64,000 bases of DNA, taken from positions 21,920-85,919 of the forward strand of contig JBDKRC010000323.1 of assembly GCA_039683575.1 (NCBI GenBank), read 5' to 3'. Origin of the DNA: Armatimonadia bacterium. GTDB taxonomy: Bacteria; Armatimonadota; Zipacnadia; Zipacnadales; UBA11051. Below, piece by piece: positions 9,387 through 19,339 of the stretch. A program made the translations under genes and the position numbers. The notes beneath the pieces were generated by a model that searched no databases, was not told the DNA's origin, and worked only from the letters and a program-made list of their open reading frames with translations. Each line of letters opens with the position of its first letter. Position 1 is the first letter of the stretch.

Positions 9387-10026
9387 TCGAGGCGGCGGGC
9401 AAGGTGGCCTGCCGCAAAACAAGGCTTCTGGTCGCGGTGTCTCCAGTGGGCGCAAGGGCAGAGAACTGGAGATTGCGGCGAAGGATGGATAGCTTGACCG
9501 GAGTGGCGGAGAGGACTGGAGCGGCAATCGAGGGTGGTTGTGGGCGGTGGAGATCTGGCGAGGCCTGGGTCACCGGATCCAAACACTCTCGAAGGCCGCA
9601 GGGAACGCAGGAAAAGCGCAGGTGGTGGCGACGTGGTGGCTGCTGAGGTGGCGACGCGGGCGCCCGTGGAGGCGGAGGACTGGAGCGTTCCCGGGAACTG
9701 GCGAAGGCGCGCGGGGTGGGACCGGCAGAGGGGTGGCGAAGGGGCAGGCAAGTGGTAGTACTGAGGGCCGGTCAGTGGTGGAGAGCGCGCGGACTGGAAT
9801 AGCCGCCAAAAGCGGCAACGGTTGAGCCAGGTGGTGGCGAGAGAACCATCGCCGCAAAGTGGGCCGCTGCTGGGACATACGACGACCAGAACAACGCATG
9901 GCGCGCCTGCTCAACCTCGGAGCAGGCGCGTTATGCATTTCAGGACCTGGAAGAAGTGGCTGGACGCCTGGCGTGCACCGCCTGTGCGAACTGTGCTCCC
10001 GTGGGGTTGCAGGTGAGGAGGGCTGT

Positions 10027-11292
10027 GTGGTGGATACTGTGCACGAGGATCGAGTCGTTCTTGCTCCGGCAGAGGAACGCCGTCGCCGCTGGTGGTTCAT
10101 TGGGGGCTTGGTCGCACTCTGTCTGGTACTGGTGGCGGTCGTCCTGGCGATTGTCTCCCAGTATCGCTTCCGTGAAGTTGCGGTTACCCGCCGTGACATC
10201 ATCGCCCACGAATCGCTCGCCGGCAGCGTGGTGGCCCCGCCCAACGCGCTGGCGGTCATCAACTGCCATTGCTCTGCCCCGGTCTCCAGGGTCTTCGCCA
10301 CCGTCGGCCAGACAGTGCGCAAGGGCGACGTCTTGGTTGAGCTATCTCATCCCACTGCCGCCGCCAACTACCAGGCCGCACAGCAGGAACTAAGGCTGGC
10401 ACGCAGCACCTTCCGGCAAGCGCAGGCGGTCTATGCCTCAGATGTCAACGAGGCGCAGCAACGTCTTGCCGACGCTCGAGCCCAACGCCAGTACGCGGCC
10501 CAGCGGATCGAGATCCCGACCGGCATGAATGAGGACGGGGGCCCCGCCCCTGGCACCAATCTTGCGCGGGAGCAGGCAGATGAGGCCAATGTCCAGGCCG
10601 AGGCTGAGTTGGCTACGGCCACCAGACGTAGCAACGAGTATCTCGAGCCCTACCGGCAGCGGCTTGCCGCAGCCTCTCAGAGCTTCGAGGAGGCCCAGGC
10701 GGGACGCAAAGCCTCGTTTATCCGCGCGCCCATAGCCGGCCAGGTGATCGAACTGAATGCCCAGCCGGGCCAGGCCGTCGATCAGGCACCCGATACAATA
10801 GTAGCGACCGTTGCTGACCTTAGCGCGCTCAAAATGCACGCCCGCCTCGATGACGCGCAGCGGGGACGCGTGCGACCTGGGATGCCCGTGACGCTTCGCC
10901 TTTCGTCCTTGCCTGAAGAGACCTTCGTGGGCGAGGTTCAGCAGATCGCTGTCGAAATGGGCGGACAGGTCACCAACCGCGAGCGGGAGGTTCAGCCGAT
11001 AGCTGTCATCAGCTTCATCAACCAGCAGGGGCTGGCCAAGCCGGAGATGAGTGCCCACGCCATCGTGGAGACTGAGCGGGCGGATAACGCTCTTTCAGTG
11101 CCGGTGCAGGCCGTGGAGCGGGATGGCGATGGCAAGCCCTTCGTGGGCGTCCGGCGTCGGGGGCGCTGGGTACAGACGCCGGTACAACTTGGCCCCTCTG
11201 ACGGTATGTACGTCGCTGTCCTGTCTGGCCTGAGAGAGGGAGAGGTCGTACGGGTACCAGTGCGGCGTGAGACAGAGATCACCTCGGCCTGA
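10027..11292 (+). CDS. Efflux RND/HlyD-family periplasmic adaptor subunit
   Basis: N-terminal TM; lipoyl-like VGQTVRKGDVLVEL and IRAPIAGQV; C-terminal VLSGLREGEVV; GAGGAG SD before GTG. Confidence 0.85.
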   Translation: MVDTVHEDRVVLAPAEERRRRWWFIGGLVALCLVLVAVVLAIVSQYRFREVAVTRRDIIAHESLAGSVVAPPNALAVINCHCSAPVSRVFATVGQTVRKGDVLVELSHPTAAANYQAAQQELRLARSTFRQAQAVYASDVNEAQQRLADARAQRQYAAQRIEIPTGMNEDGGPAPGTNLAREQADEANVQAEAELATATRRSNEYLEPYRQRLAAASQSFEEAQAGRKASFIRAPIAGQVIELNAQPGQAVDQAPDTIVATVADLSALKMHARLDDAQRGRVRPGMPVTLRLSSLPEETFVGEVQQIAVEMGGQVTNREREVQPIAVISFINQQGLAKPEMSAHAIVETERADNALSVPVQAVERDGDGKPFVGVRRRGRWVQTPVQLGPSDGMYVAVLSGLREGEVVRVPVRRETEITSA

Positions 11293-11476
11293 GACGGTGC
11301 AGCGAGGGGTCTGAAGAGTGGCTTCACTGGGAGGCGATGCCTCTTTGGTAGTTATCGAAGAGCAAGATAGGGTGTGCCCTTATTGTTCCGGCCTGCTTTC
11401 CAAGATACCCTAGAAGAAGATGATGGACAGGGCGTCCATCACATGCCTCGGAGCGCTGGCGCAGGTGGAGGAAGGC

Positions 11477-12592
11477 ATGCAGAAGGTATTGATCACGGGT
11501 GGGGCAGGTTTCATTGGCTCCCATCTGGCCGACGAACTGCTTCGGAGCGGGTATCAAGTGCGAGCACTGGACAACCTGTCGCCCCAGGTTCACGGCCACG
11601 GGCAGGTGCGCCCGGCTTACCTGGACCCCGAGGTTGAGTTGCAGGTCGGCGACGTGCGCAATCCGGACGACGTCCGGGCGGCGCTCAGAGACATGGACGC
11701 GGTCTTTCACTTCGCAGCGGCTGTGGGCGTTGGCCAGAGCATGTATGCCATCGCCGACTACACCAGCGTCAACAACCTCGGGACCGCAGTGCTCCTCGAG
11801 GAGTTGATGGAGCAGCGCGTCAGCAAGCTGATCATCGCTTCCAGCATGAGCCTCTACGGTGAGGGGCTCTATCTCACGCGCAGCGGTAACGTGGTCCCCG
11901 GCTATGATCGGCCGCTGTCGCAGCTTCGGCGGGGGCAGTGGGAGCTTTGCGATAGCGACGGTAACACGATGTTGCCGCTCGCGACCCCGGAGACCAAACA
12001 GCCGAACCTCGCCTCCGTGTATGCCCTGTCAAAGTACGATCAGGAGCGGCTTTGTCTCATCTTCGGCCGCGCCTACAACACCCCCACAGTTGCCCTGCGC
12101 TTCTTCAACGCCTTTGGCACCCGCCAGGCGCTCTCGAACCCCTACACCGGCGCGCTGGCAATCTTCACCTCCCGGCTACTCAACAACAAGCCTCCCCTGA
12201 TCTACGAGGACGGGCTGCAGCAACGCGACTTTGTGAGCGTACATGACCTTGCCCGAGCCTGCCGCCTCGCCCTCGAGACGCCAGCGGCCGATGGCGAGGT
12301 CTTCAACCTCGGCAGCGGACTGAGCTACACCATCCGTGAAGTGGCCCAGCGGGTCGCGGAGGCGCTCAACAAGCAGTACCTGGAGCCGGAGATCACCGGC
12401 AAGTACCGCCTGGGTGACATCCGCCACTGCTCCGCCGATATCACAAAGGCGGAGGAGATCCTGGGGTACGACCCGCAGGTGACGCTCGAAGAGGGTTTGG
12501 TGGAGTTGACGGAATGGCTTGAGGGGCAGATCGCGGTGGACCGAGTAGATCAGGCCGCGGCCGAACTGGCGGCGCGAGGTTTGACTGTATGA
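11477..12592 (+). CDS. NAD-dependent epimerase/dehydratase
   Basis: VLITGGAGFIGSH, YALSK (YxxxK), RDFVSV. Confidence 0.9.
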   Translation: MQKVLITGGAGFIGSHLADELLRSGYQVRALDNLSPQVHGHGQVRPAYLDPEVELQVGDVRNPDDVRAALRDMDAVFHFAAAVGVGQSMYAIADYTSVNNLGTAVLLEELMEQRVSKLIIASSMSLYGEGLYLTRSGNVVPGYDRPLSQLRRGQWELCDSDGNTMLPLATPETKQPNLASVYALSKYDQERLCLIFGRAYNTPTVALRFFNAFGTRQALSNPYTGALAIFTSRLLNNKPPLIYEDGLQQRDFVSVHDLARACRLALETPAADGEVFNLGSGLSYTIREVAQRVAEALNKQYLEPEITGKYRLGDIRHCSADITKAEEILGYDPQVTLEEGLVELTEWLEGQIAVDRVDQAAAELAARGLTV

Positions 12593-14748
12593 AGCTGCAT
12601 AGCGCGCAGGATGAGCAGTCATCCCGGCCGTTGCTCGGAATGGTTGAGTGGTTCCGGCCGGGCGAGCACGAACGGGTCGAGTTGGTTCTATCCAAGCTCA
12701 AGGCCCTCGGCATCAGCGAACTGCGCACGGCCGTCTCGTGGGCCGATTGGCACACTCCCTACGGCGAGAGCTGGTATCACTGGCTGCTGCCCCGGCTCGC
12801 CAAGGATGTCCACTTGCTCCCCTGTTTCCTATACACGCCGCCTTCACTGGGTGTGGCGCCGCGTGCCTCCGCCCCGCCACGCGAACCGCGCGCCTATGCG
12901 GATTTCCTGGATCAGGTCATCACTGACTTCGATGACTGCTTTGACATGGTAGAGCTCTGGAACGAGCCCAACAACCTCAGTGAGTACGACTGGACCCTCG
13001 ACCCGCAGTGGCACATCTTTTGCGAGATGATCGGTTCAGCGGCCTACTGGGCGCAGCAGCGTGGCAAAGGAACCGTCCTGGGCGGTATGGCTCCAGCCGA
13101 CCCTAACTGGCTCTCTACCATCGGGTGCGGCGGCGTGCTCAACTACATTGACGTCGTCGGCATTCATGGCTTCCCCGGCGTCTGGGAGTTTGCCTGGCAG
13201 GGCTGGGATTACTACCTCGAGGAGACACGCGAAGTCCTCCGGCAGCATGACTGCGGGGCCGACATCTGGATTACCGAAACCGGCTTCTCCACCTGGCGCC
13301 ACGGTTACCACAACCAGCTCCGAGCGTTCCTGGAGGCTCTCGACGCCCCGGTCGAGCGCGTGTATTGGTACGCCGTGCAGGACCTGCAGCCGGAATATGC
13401 CACCGTGGACGGCTTCCACTCCGACGAGCGCGACTACCATTTCGGGCTGACGCATTGTGACGGCAGCGACAAGCTCATCTGCCGCGTCCTGCAACAGGAG
13501 GGGCAGTCGGGCCTGAGGCGCCTGGCTGATCTGGCCCATGCCGCCACTCCCCCGGTCCCCGTCCGGAAGTGCGAGGCGAGCAGCTGCCCCAAGGCCCAGG
13601 CCAAAGCCGTTCCGGCGACCTTGCACAAGGTGGGACCGGCCCAGTCTTCGGCCTCTGGACGCGTGCTGATCACGGGTGGCGCGGGTTTCATCGGCACTAA
13701 TCTCGCCCATCGTCTCCTCAGCGAGGGTCGCGAGGTCGCCATCTATGACAGCCTGGCTCGCCGGGGCGCCGAGAGCAACCTCCGCTGGCTATCCGACACG
13801 TACGGTGACCGCCTGCAACTGCATCTTGCCGATGTGCGCGACCCTATCGCGCTCGGGCAAGCCCTGTCCGGGGTTGAACAGGTCTTTCACCTCGCGGCGC
13901 AGGTGGCAGTCACCACCAGCCTTGTCAAACCGGCAGTCGACTTTGAGATCAACGGGCTGGGCACCATGAACCTGCTGGAGGAGATGCGCCGCCTCGACAA
14001 TCCCCCGCGGCTTGTCTTCACCTCCACCAACAAGGTCTACGGCGGCCTGGCAGACATCGGGTTGCGCCTCAGCGGCCAGCGCTACGAACCTGCCGACCCG
14101 GTCCTCCGCCACAGCGGCATCAGCGAGGCGCGCTCCCTCGACTTCCATAGCCCCTACGGCTGCTCCAAAGGCACTGCGGACCAGTACGTGGTCGACTATG
14201 CCCGCAGCTACGGCCTTGAGACCGTGGTCTTCCGCATGAGCTGCATCTATGGGCCGCACCAGAGGGGCAGCGAGGACCAGGGCTGGGTGGCTCATTTCGT
14301 CCTGCGCGCACTCAAGGATGAGCCCATAACCCTCTTCGGCGACGGCTGCCAGGTGCGCGACGTGCTGTTTGTCGAGGACCTGGTTGAGGCTTTCCTCCTG
14401 GCCGAGGCCAACCTGCCCGAACTGGCGGGCGAAGTCTTCAACATCGGAGGCGGGCCGCAGAACACCATCAGTTTGCTGGAGTTGATTGACCTGATCGAGG
14501 AAATGCAGGGCGCCCGGCCGCTGCTGCACCACGATCAGTGGCGCATTGGGGACCAACGCTACTATGTCTCCGACACCCGCAAATTCCAGCGGGCGACGGG
14601 TTGGCAGCCTGAGGTAGACGTCCATAGGGGCGTCCAGCGGCTGCATGAGTGGCTGGTATCAGTTCATGGCAGCGCGCGGCTGAGCCTCTCAGCAAAGGCG
14701 AGACGACTGCCGGAGCCGGTTGCCGCCGCCGTCGCGGCACTGACTTAG
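12589..14748 (+). CDS. Fusion of a clan GH-A-like glycoside hydrolase domain and an NAD-dependent (CDP-paratose-2-epimerase-like) epimerase
   Basis: N-half ELWNEPNN and IWITETG; C-half VLITGGAGFIGTNL, TSTNKVYG, SPYGCSKG. Confidence 0.8.
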   Translation: MKLHSAQDEQSSRPLLGMVEWFRPGEHERVELVLSKLKALGISELRTAVSWADWHTPYGESWYHWLLPRLAKDVHLLPCFLYTPPSLGVAPRASAPPREPRAYADFLDQVITDFDDCFDMVELWNEPNNLSEYDWTLDPQWHIFCEMIGSAAYWAQQRGKGTVLGGMAPADPNWLSTIGCGGVLNYIDVVGIHGFPGVWEFAWQGWDYYLEETREVLRQHDCGADIWITETGFSTWRHGYHNQLRAFLEALDAPVERVYWYAVQDLQPEYATVDGFHSDERDYHFGLTHCDGSDKLICRVLQQEGQSGLRRLADLAHAATPPVPVRKCEASSCPKAQAKAVPATLHKVGPAQSSASGRVLITGGAGFIGTNLAHRLLSEGREVAIYDSLARRGAESNLRWLSDTYGDRLQLHLADVRDPIALGQALSGVEQVFHLAAQVAVTTSLVKPAVDFEINGLGTMNLLEEMRRLDNPPRLVFTSTNKVYGGLADIGLRLSGQRYEPADPVLRHSGISEARSLDFHSPYGCSKGTADQYVVDYARSYGLETVVFRMSCIYGPHQRGSEDQGWVAHFVLRALKDEPITLFGDGCQVRDVLFVEDLVEAFLLAEANLPELAGEVFNIGGGPQNTISLLELIDLIEEMQGARPLLHHDQWRIGDQRYYVSDTRKFQRATGWQPEVDVHRGVQRLHEWLVSVHGSARLSLSAKARRLPEPVAAAVAALT

Positions 14749-14830
14749 CCCAATGTGGAACCGCTGACAGTCCGGCAGGGCTGGGAGGGGTCACTGACCC
14801 CGACAGATCAGGCACTTAGGGAGGGCCAGC

Positions 14831-15805
14831 ATGTCTCACCACAACAAGCACATGCAAGCAGCCGTTCTGGTAGAGCCGGGAGAGATAGAGCTCCAGGAGG
14901 CGCCGGTACCGGAGGCCGGAGCCGGTCAGATACGGGTGAAGCTCCAGGGCTGCGGTGTCTGCGCCTCAAACCTCCCGCCCTTCGAGGGCCGAGAGTGGTT
15001 CACCTATCCCTTCCAGCCGGGCCAGCTTGGGCACGAGGGCTGGGGCGTCATCGACCAGCTCGGTGAGGGCGTGACAGGTCTTGATATTGGCCAGCGCGTC
15101 AGTGTCCTCTCCGACCATGCCTACGCCGAGTACGACGTCACCGACGCCGCCAAGGCTGTGGCGCTGCCGGACGTGCTTGAGGGCCACTCCTTTCCGGGCG
15201 AGCCGCTCGGCTGCGCTATGAATATCTTCCGCCGCAGCGACCTCCACTCCGGCCAGACGGTCGCCATCGTCGGCATTGGCTTCCTCGGCGCCCTCCTGAC
15301 CGAGCTTGCCAGCAAGTCCGGCGCGACGGTATTCGCCATCGCCCGCCGGCCCTTCGCCCAGAGCATTGCGCGCCAGATGGGCGCGGCCGAGGTCATCCCC
15401 ATGGACGACCATTGGAAGATCATTGAGAAGGTCAAGGAGCTGACGGGCCAGGTCATGTGCGACCGTGTCATCGAAGCCGTGGGCAAGCAGTGGCCTCTCG
15501 ACCTCGCCGCCGAACTCACCCGCGAGATGGGTCGCCTTATCATCGCTGGCTATCACCAGGACGGGATGCGCCAGGTCAACATGCAGCTCTGGAACTGGCG
15601 TGGTCTCGACGTGATCAACGCCCATGAACGTCAAACGGAAGTCTACATCCGGGGCATCAGCGAGGCCGTACAGGCTGTCACCGAGAGCCGGCTCACTCCC
15701 GAGCCCCTCTACACTCACCAGTTCCCGCTGAAAGACCTCCAGCAGGCGCTGGAGATGACCCGTGACCGCCCGGACGGCTTCTTCAAGGCCCTGGTGCGAA
15801 TGTGA
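14831..15805 (+). CDS. Zinc-binding MDR-family dehydrogenase
   Basis: GCGVCASN, GHEGWG, VGIGFLG. Confidence 0.85.
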   Translation: MSHHNKHMQAAVLVEPGEIELQEAPVPEAGAGQIRVKLQGCGVCASNLPPFEGREWFTYPFQPGQLGHEGWGVIDQLGEGVTGLDIGQRVSVLSDHAYAEYDVTDAAKAVALPDVLEGHSFPGEPLGCAMNIFRRSDLHSGQTVAIVGIGFLGALLTELASKSGATVFAIARRPFAQSIARQMGAAEVIPMDDHWKIIEKVKELTGQVMCDRVIEAVGKQWPLDLAAELTREMGRLIIAGYHQDGMRQVNMQLWNWRGLDVINAHERQTEVYIRGISEAVQAVTESRLTPEPLYTHQFPLKDLQQALEMTRDRPDGFFKALVRM

Positions 15806-15866
15806 CGGTCACGCGTAGGTCGGTGCGTCTCGCACCCACACCGACAGCAGACGTTGGAGTTTCACC

Positions 15867-16985
15867 ATGAAAGTCTTAATGACAACGGACACAGTCGGCG
15901 GCGTCTGGACTTACTCCCTCGAGCTGGCTCGCGCCCTCGGCGAGCAGGGGGTTGAGATCGCCCTCGCAACGATGGGAGACCCCCTTAGCCCCTCCCAGCG
16001 CCGGGCCGTTGCCGACGTTCCCGACGTCACTCTCTTTGAGAGTACCTACAAGCTCGAGTGGATGCAGGACCCCTGGGACGACCTGGAGCGTGCCGGCGAC
16101 TGGCTGCTCGAGGTCGAAAACCGCTTCGAACCGGACGTCATACATCTCAACAGCTACGTCCACGGTTCGCTGCCCTGGCGCGCGCCGCTGCTCGTTGTCG
16201 GACACTCCTGCGTACTCTCGTGGTGGGAGGCAGTCAAGGCCCTGCCGGCCCCGCCGGAATGGGATCACTACCGCGAGCTTGTGATGCAGGGAATCCGCTG
16301 CGCCGGACTCGTCGTCGCGCCCTCACACACGATGCTCGATGCACTGGACCGCCACTATGGCCCCTTCCGCAACAGCGGCGTCATCTACAACGCTCGCAAC
16401 GCCGGCTGCTTCAAGCCGGGCGGCAAGGGCCGCCTGATCTTCGCCAGCGGCCGACTGTGGGACGAGGCCAAGAACCTGCGCCTCGTCGAGCGGATCGCCT
16501 CGCAGGTGCAGTGGCCTGTGTACATGGCCGGAGAGAATGTCTCACCGGACGGCGGCATGGTGGAGTTTGGCGGGATGAAGCACCTTGGCCGGCTCAGCCA
16601 GGCCGACATGGCCCAGTGGCTTGGGCGCGCCGCAATCTGCGTCCATCCTGCTCGCTACGAACCCTTCGGGCTGGGCGTGCTGGAGGCCGCTCTGTGCGGC
16701 TGTGCGCTCGTCCTGGGCGACATCCCCTCGCTGCGCGAGTTGTGGAGTGGCTGCGCGCTGTTCGTGTCGCCGGATGACGCGCAGGGCCTGCGTGACGCGC
16801 TCGAACTGCTCATCAATGACCCGGACCTGCGTCACGAACTCGCCAACGCCGCCGCCGAGCATGCCCGCAGCTTCGCGCCTGACCGGCAGGCCGATGAGTA
16901 CCTAGACGCCTACGATCTGGTCATGTCGCGCGCCATGTGGCCTGTCACTGCCGAGGCCTTACCCGTAGGAACGACACCTGGATAG
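15867..16985 (+). CDS. Glycosyltransferase family 4
   Basis: DTVGGVWTY, GRLWDEAKN, YEPFGLGVLEAA. Confidence 0.9.
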   Translation: MKVLMTTDTVGGVWTYSLELARALGEQGVEIALATMGDPLSPSQRRAVADVPDVTLFESTYKLEWMQDPWDDLERAGDWLLEVENRFEPDVIHLNSYVHGSLPWRAPLLVVGHSCVLSWWEAVKALPAPPEWDHYRELVMQGIRCAGLVVAPSHTMLDALDRHYGPFRNSGVIYNARNAGCFKPGGKGRLIFASGRLWDEAKNLRLVERIASQVQWPVYMAGENVSPDGGMVEFGGMKHLGRLSQADMAQWLGRAAICVHPARYEPFGLGVLEAALCGCALVLGDIPSLRELWSGCALFVSPDDAQGLRDALELLINDPDLRHELANAAAEHARSFAPDRQADEYLDAYDLVMSRAMWPVTAEALPVGTTPG

Positions 16986-17064
16986 ACTCGCGCAGAGTCA
17001 CTCCTCCCGAACTGAAAGCACCCCTGAGACAGCGCCGAATGTGGCTGGGGGACAAGAAGGCATC

Positions 17065-18234
17065 ATGATGCGAATCACAATGTTTTACCACTCGCTACTC
17101 TCTGACTGGAACCACGGCAACGCCCACTTCCTGCGCGGGATCGTGACCGAACTACAAGCGCGGGGCCATCATGTCGAGGTCTACGAACCCCGGCTCGGCT
17201 GGAGCCTGCAGAACCTCTTTGCCGAGCGCGGCGCCCAGCCTCTGATTGACTTCCAGGACGCCTACCCTGGTCTCATGAGTACACTCTACGACCCCGAGCA
17301 GATCGACCTGGATGCCGTCCTGCAGGACACCGACCTCGTCATCGTACACGAATGGAACGAGCCGGAGTTGATCGCCCGGATCGGTCGACACCGCAAGGGA
17401 CGCTATCTCTCAGGCGGTCCCAACTATCGCCTGCTCTTCCACGATACCCACCATCGCTGCGTCACCGACCCACACAGCCTCGGACGCCTCGATCTCAAGC
17501 ACTATGACGGCGTCCTGGCCTTCGGCGACATCGTCCGGGAACTCTATCTCGTCTACGGCTGGGCCCGCCGCGCCTGGACGTGGCACGAGGCTGCCGACAC
17601 GCGTATCTTCCATCCCTACTACGATGTGGAACCCGAAGGCGATCTTGTGTGGGTTGGTAACTGGGGTGACGAGGAGCGCACTGCCGAGCTACAGGAGTTC
17701 CTGCTTGAGCCGGTGCGCGAGCTGAGACTCACGGCCACGGTCCACGGCGTGCGCTACCCGGATCACGCACTACAGATGCTCAAGCGCGCGAAGATCAAGT
17801 ACGGTGGCTGGGTGGCCAACTATGACGTACCCAGGCTCTTCGCAGCCCACCGCGTGACAGTGCACGTGCCCCGCCGCCCGTACGTGCAGGCACTGCCGGG
17901 CATCCCCACCATTCGCGTTTTCGAGGCCATGGCCGCCGGCATTCCGCTGGTCTGCTCGCCGTGGAATGACTGCGAGCATCTCTTCACCCCGGGTGAAGAC
18001 TTCCTCGTGGCCCACGACAAGCGCGAGATGAAGGGCCACCTGCGCGCGCTACTGCACGATGACGCCATGGCCCGGCAACTGGCCACCAATGCCCGCCGCA
18101 CCATCCTCGCGAGCCACACCTGTGCTCATCGCGTCAACGAACTACTGGCCGTCTGCGGTGAGCTCGGCCTCAACACGGCTGTCCACGCCACGCGGCGGGC
18201 CGGCAGCCCCGCTCTGCAGGGGGTGCTTTCATGA
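17065..18234 (+). CDS. CgeB-family glycosyltransferase
   Basis: SDWNHGNAHFLRG, PTIRVFEAMAAG, HTCAHRV. Confidence 0.85.
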   Translation: MMRITMFYHSLLSDWNHGNAHFLRGIVTELQARGHHVEVYEPRLGWSLQNLFAERGAQPLIDFQDAYPGLMSTLYDPEQIDLDAVLQDTDLVIVHEWNEPELIARIGRHRKGRYLSGGPNYRLLFHDTHHRCVTDPHSLGRLDLKHYDGVLAFGDIVRELYLVYGWARRAWTWHEAADTRIFHPYYDVEPEGDLVWVGNWGDEERTAELQEFLLEPVRELRLTATVHGVRYPDHALQMLKRAKIKYGGWVANYDVPRLFAAHRVTVHVPRRPYVQALPGIPTIRVFEAMAAGIPLVCSPWNDCEHLFTPGEDFLVAHDKREMKGHLRALLHDDAMARQLATNARRTILASHTCAHRVNELLAVCGELGLNTAVHATRRAGSPALQGVLS

Positions 18235-19307
18235 GCAGGTCCTTGAACATCGCCTTCTTTGGTTCCAGTCTGGTCTCTGCCTACTGGAACGGCGCAGCCA
18301 CCTACTACCGGGGCATCATCCGCGCCCTGGCCGGCCGCGGCCACCGGGTTACCTTCTACGAACCCGATGCCTATGACCGGCAGCAACACCGGGACATGGC
18401 CGATCCGGACTGGGCAAGGGTGGTGGTCTACACCGCTGAGGGCGAGGACGGGGTACGCGGCGCGCTCGCGGAGGCGGCGTCCGCTGACCTCGTAGTCAAG
18501 GCCAGTGGCGTCGGCGTGTTTGATGAACTGCTGGAGGCGGAAACGCTCGAACTGCGGAAGCCGGGCACCCTCGTCGCCTTCTGGGACGTGGACGCCCCGG
18601 CAACGCTCGACCGCGTGCAAAGCAACGCAGGAGACGCGTTCGGGCCCCTGATTCCGCGCTACGATCTCATCCTCACCTACGGCGGCGGCCGTCCAGTCGT
18701 GGACGCATATCTCGCCCTCGGCGCCCGGTCCTGCGTGCCCGTCTACAACGCACTCGATCCGGCCACCCACTACCCAGTTGCGCCTGATCCGCGCTTCGCG
18801 GGCCATCTGGGCTTTCTGGGCAATCGCTTACCCGACCGCGAAACGCGGGTGGAGCGGTTCTTCCTGCAGCCGGCGGCGGCGCTTCACGACCACCAGTTCC
18901 TCCTCGGCGGCAATGGCTGGGACAACAAGCCGAAGACGGAGAACGTCAGCTATCTCGGCCACATCTACACCGCCGACCACAATGCCTTCAACTGCACTCC
19001 GCTGGCGGTGCTCAACATCGCCCGGGAGAGTATGGCGCGCTACGGCTTCTCTCCGGCCACCCGCATCTTTGAGGCCGCGGGAGCCGCTGCGTGCCTGATC
19101 ACCGACCACTGGGAGGGCATCGAGCTCTTTCTGGAGCCCGATCGCGAAGTCCTGGTGGCCTGTGACGGCGCCGAGGTGGCCTATCATCTCGAGCGCCTGA
19201 GCACCCGTCGCGCCAAACAGATCGGCGAGGCAGCCCTCAAGCGGACGCTCGCCGAGCACACGTACCACCAGCGAGTGGCGCAGTTGGAGAAAGTCCTGGA
19301 CCTGTAG
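18231..19307 (+). CDS. CgeB-family glycosyltransferase
   Basis: SAYWNGAATYYRG, SPATRIFEAAG, HTYHQRV. Confidence 0.85.
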   Translation: MSRSLNIAFFGSSLVSAYWNGAATYYRGIIRALAGRGHRVTFYEPDAYDRQQHRDMADPDWARVVVYTAEGEDGVRGALAEAASADLVVKASGVGVFDELLEAETLELRKPGTLVAFWDVDAPATLDRVQSNAGDAFGPLIPRYDLILTYGGGRPVVDAYLALGARSCVPVYNALDPATHYPVAPDPRFAGHLGFLGNRLPDRETRVERFFLQPAAALHDHQFLLGGNGWDNKPKTENVSYLGHIYTADHNAFNCTPLAVLNIARESMARYGFSPATRIFEAAGAAACLITDHWEGIELFLEPDREVLVACDGAEVAYHLERLSTRRAKQIGEAALKRTLAEHTYHQRVAQLEKVLDL

Positions 19308-19339
19308 AGCTATCCTCGACATCAGACAAGGTGGTTCCC

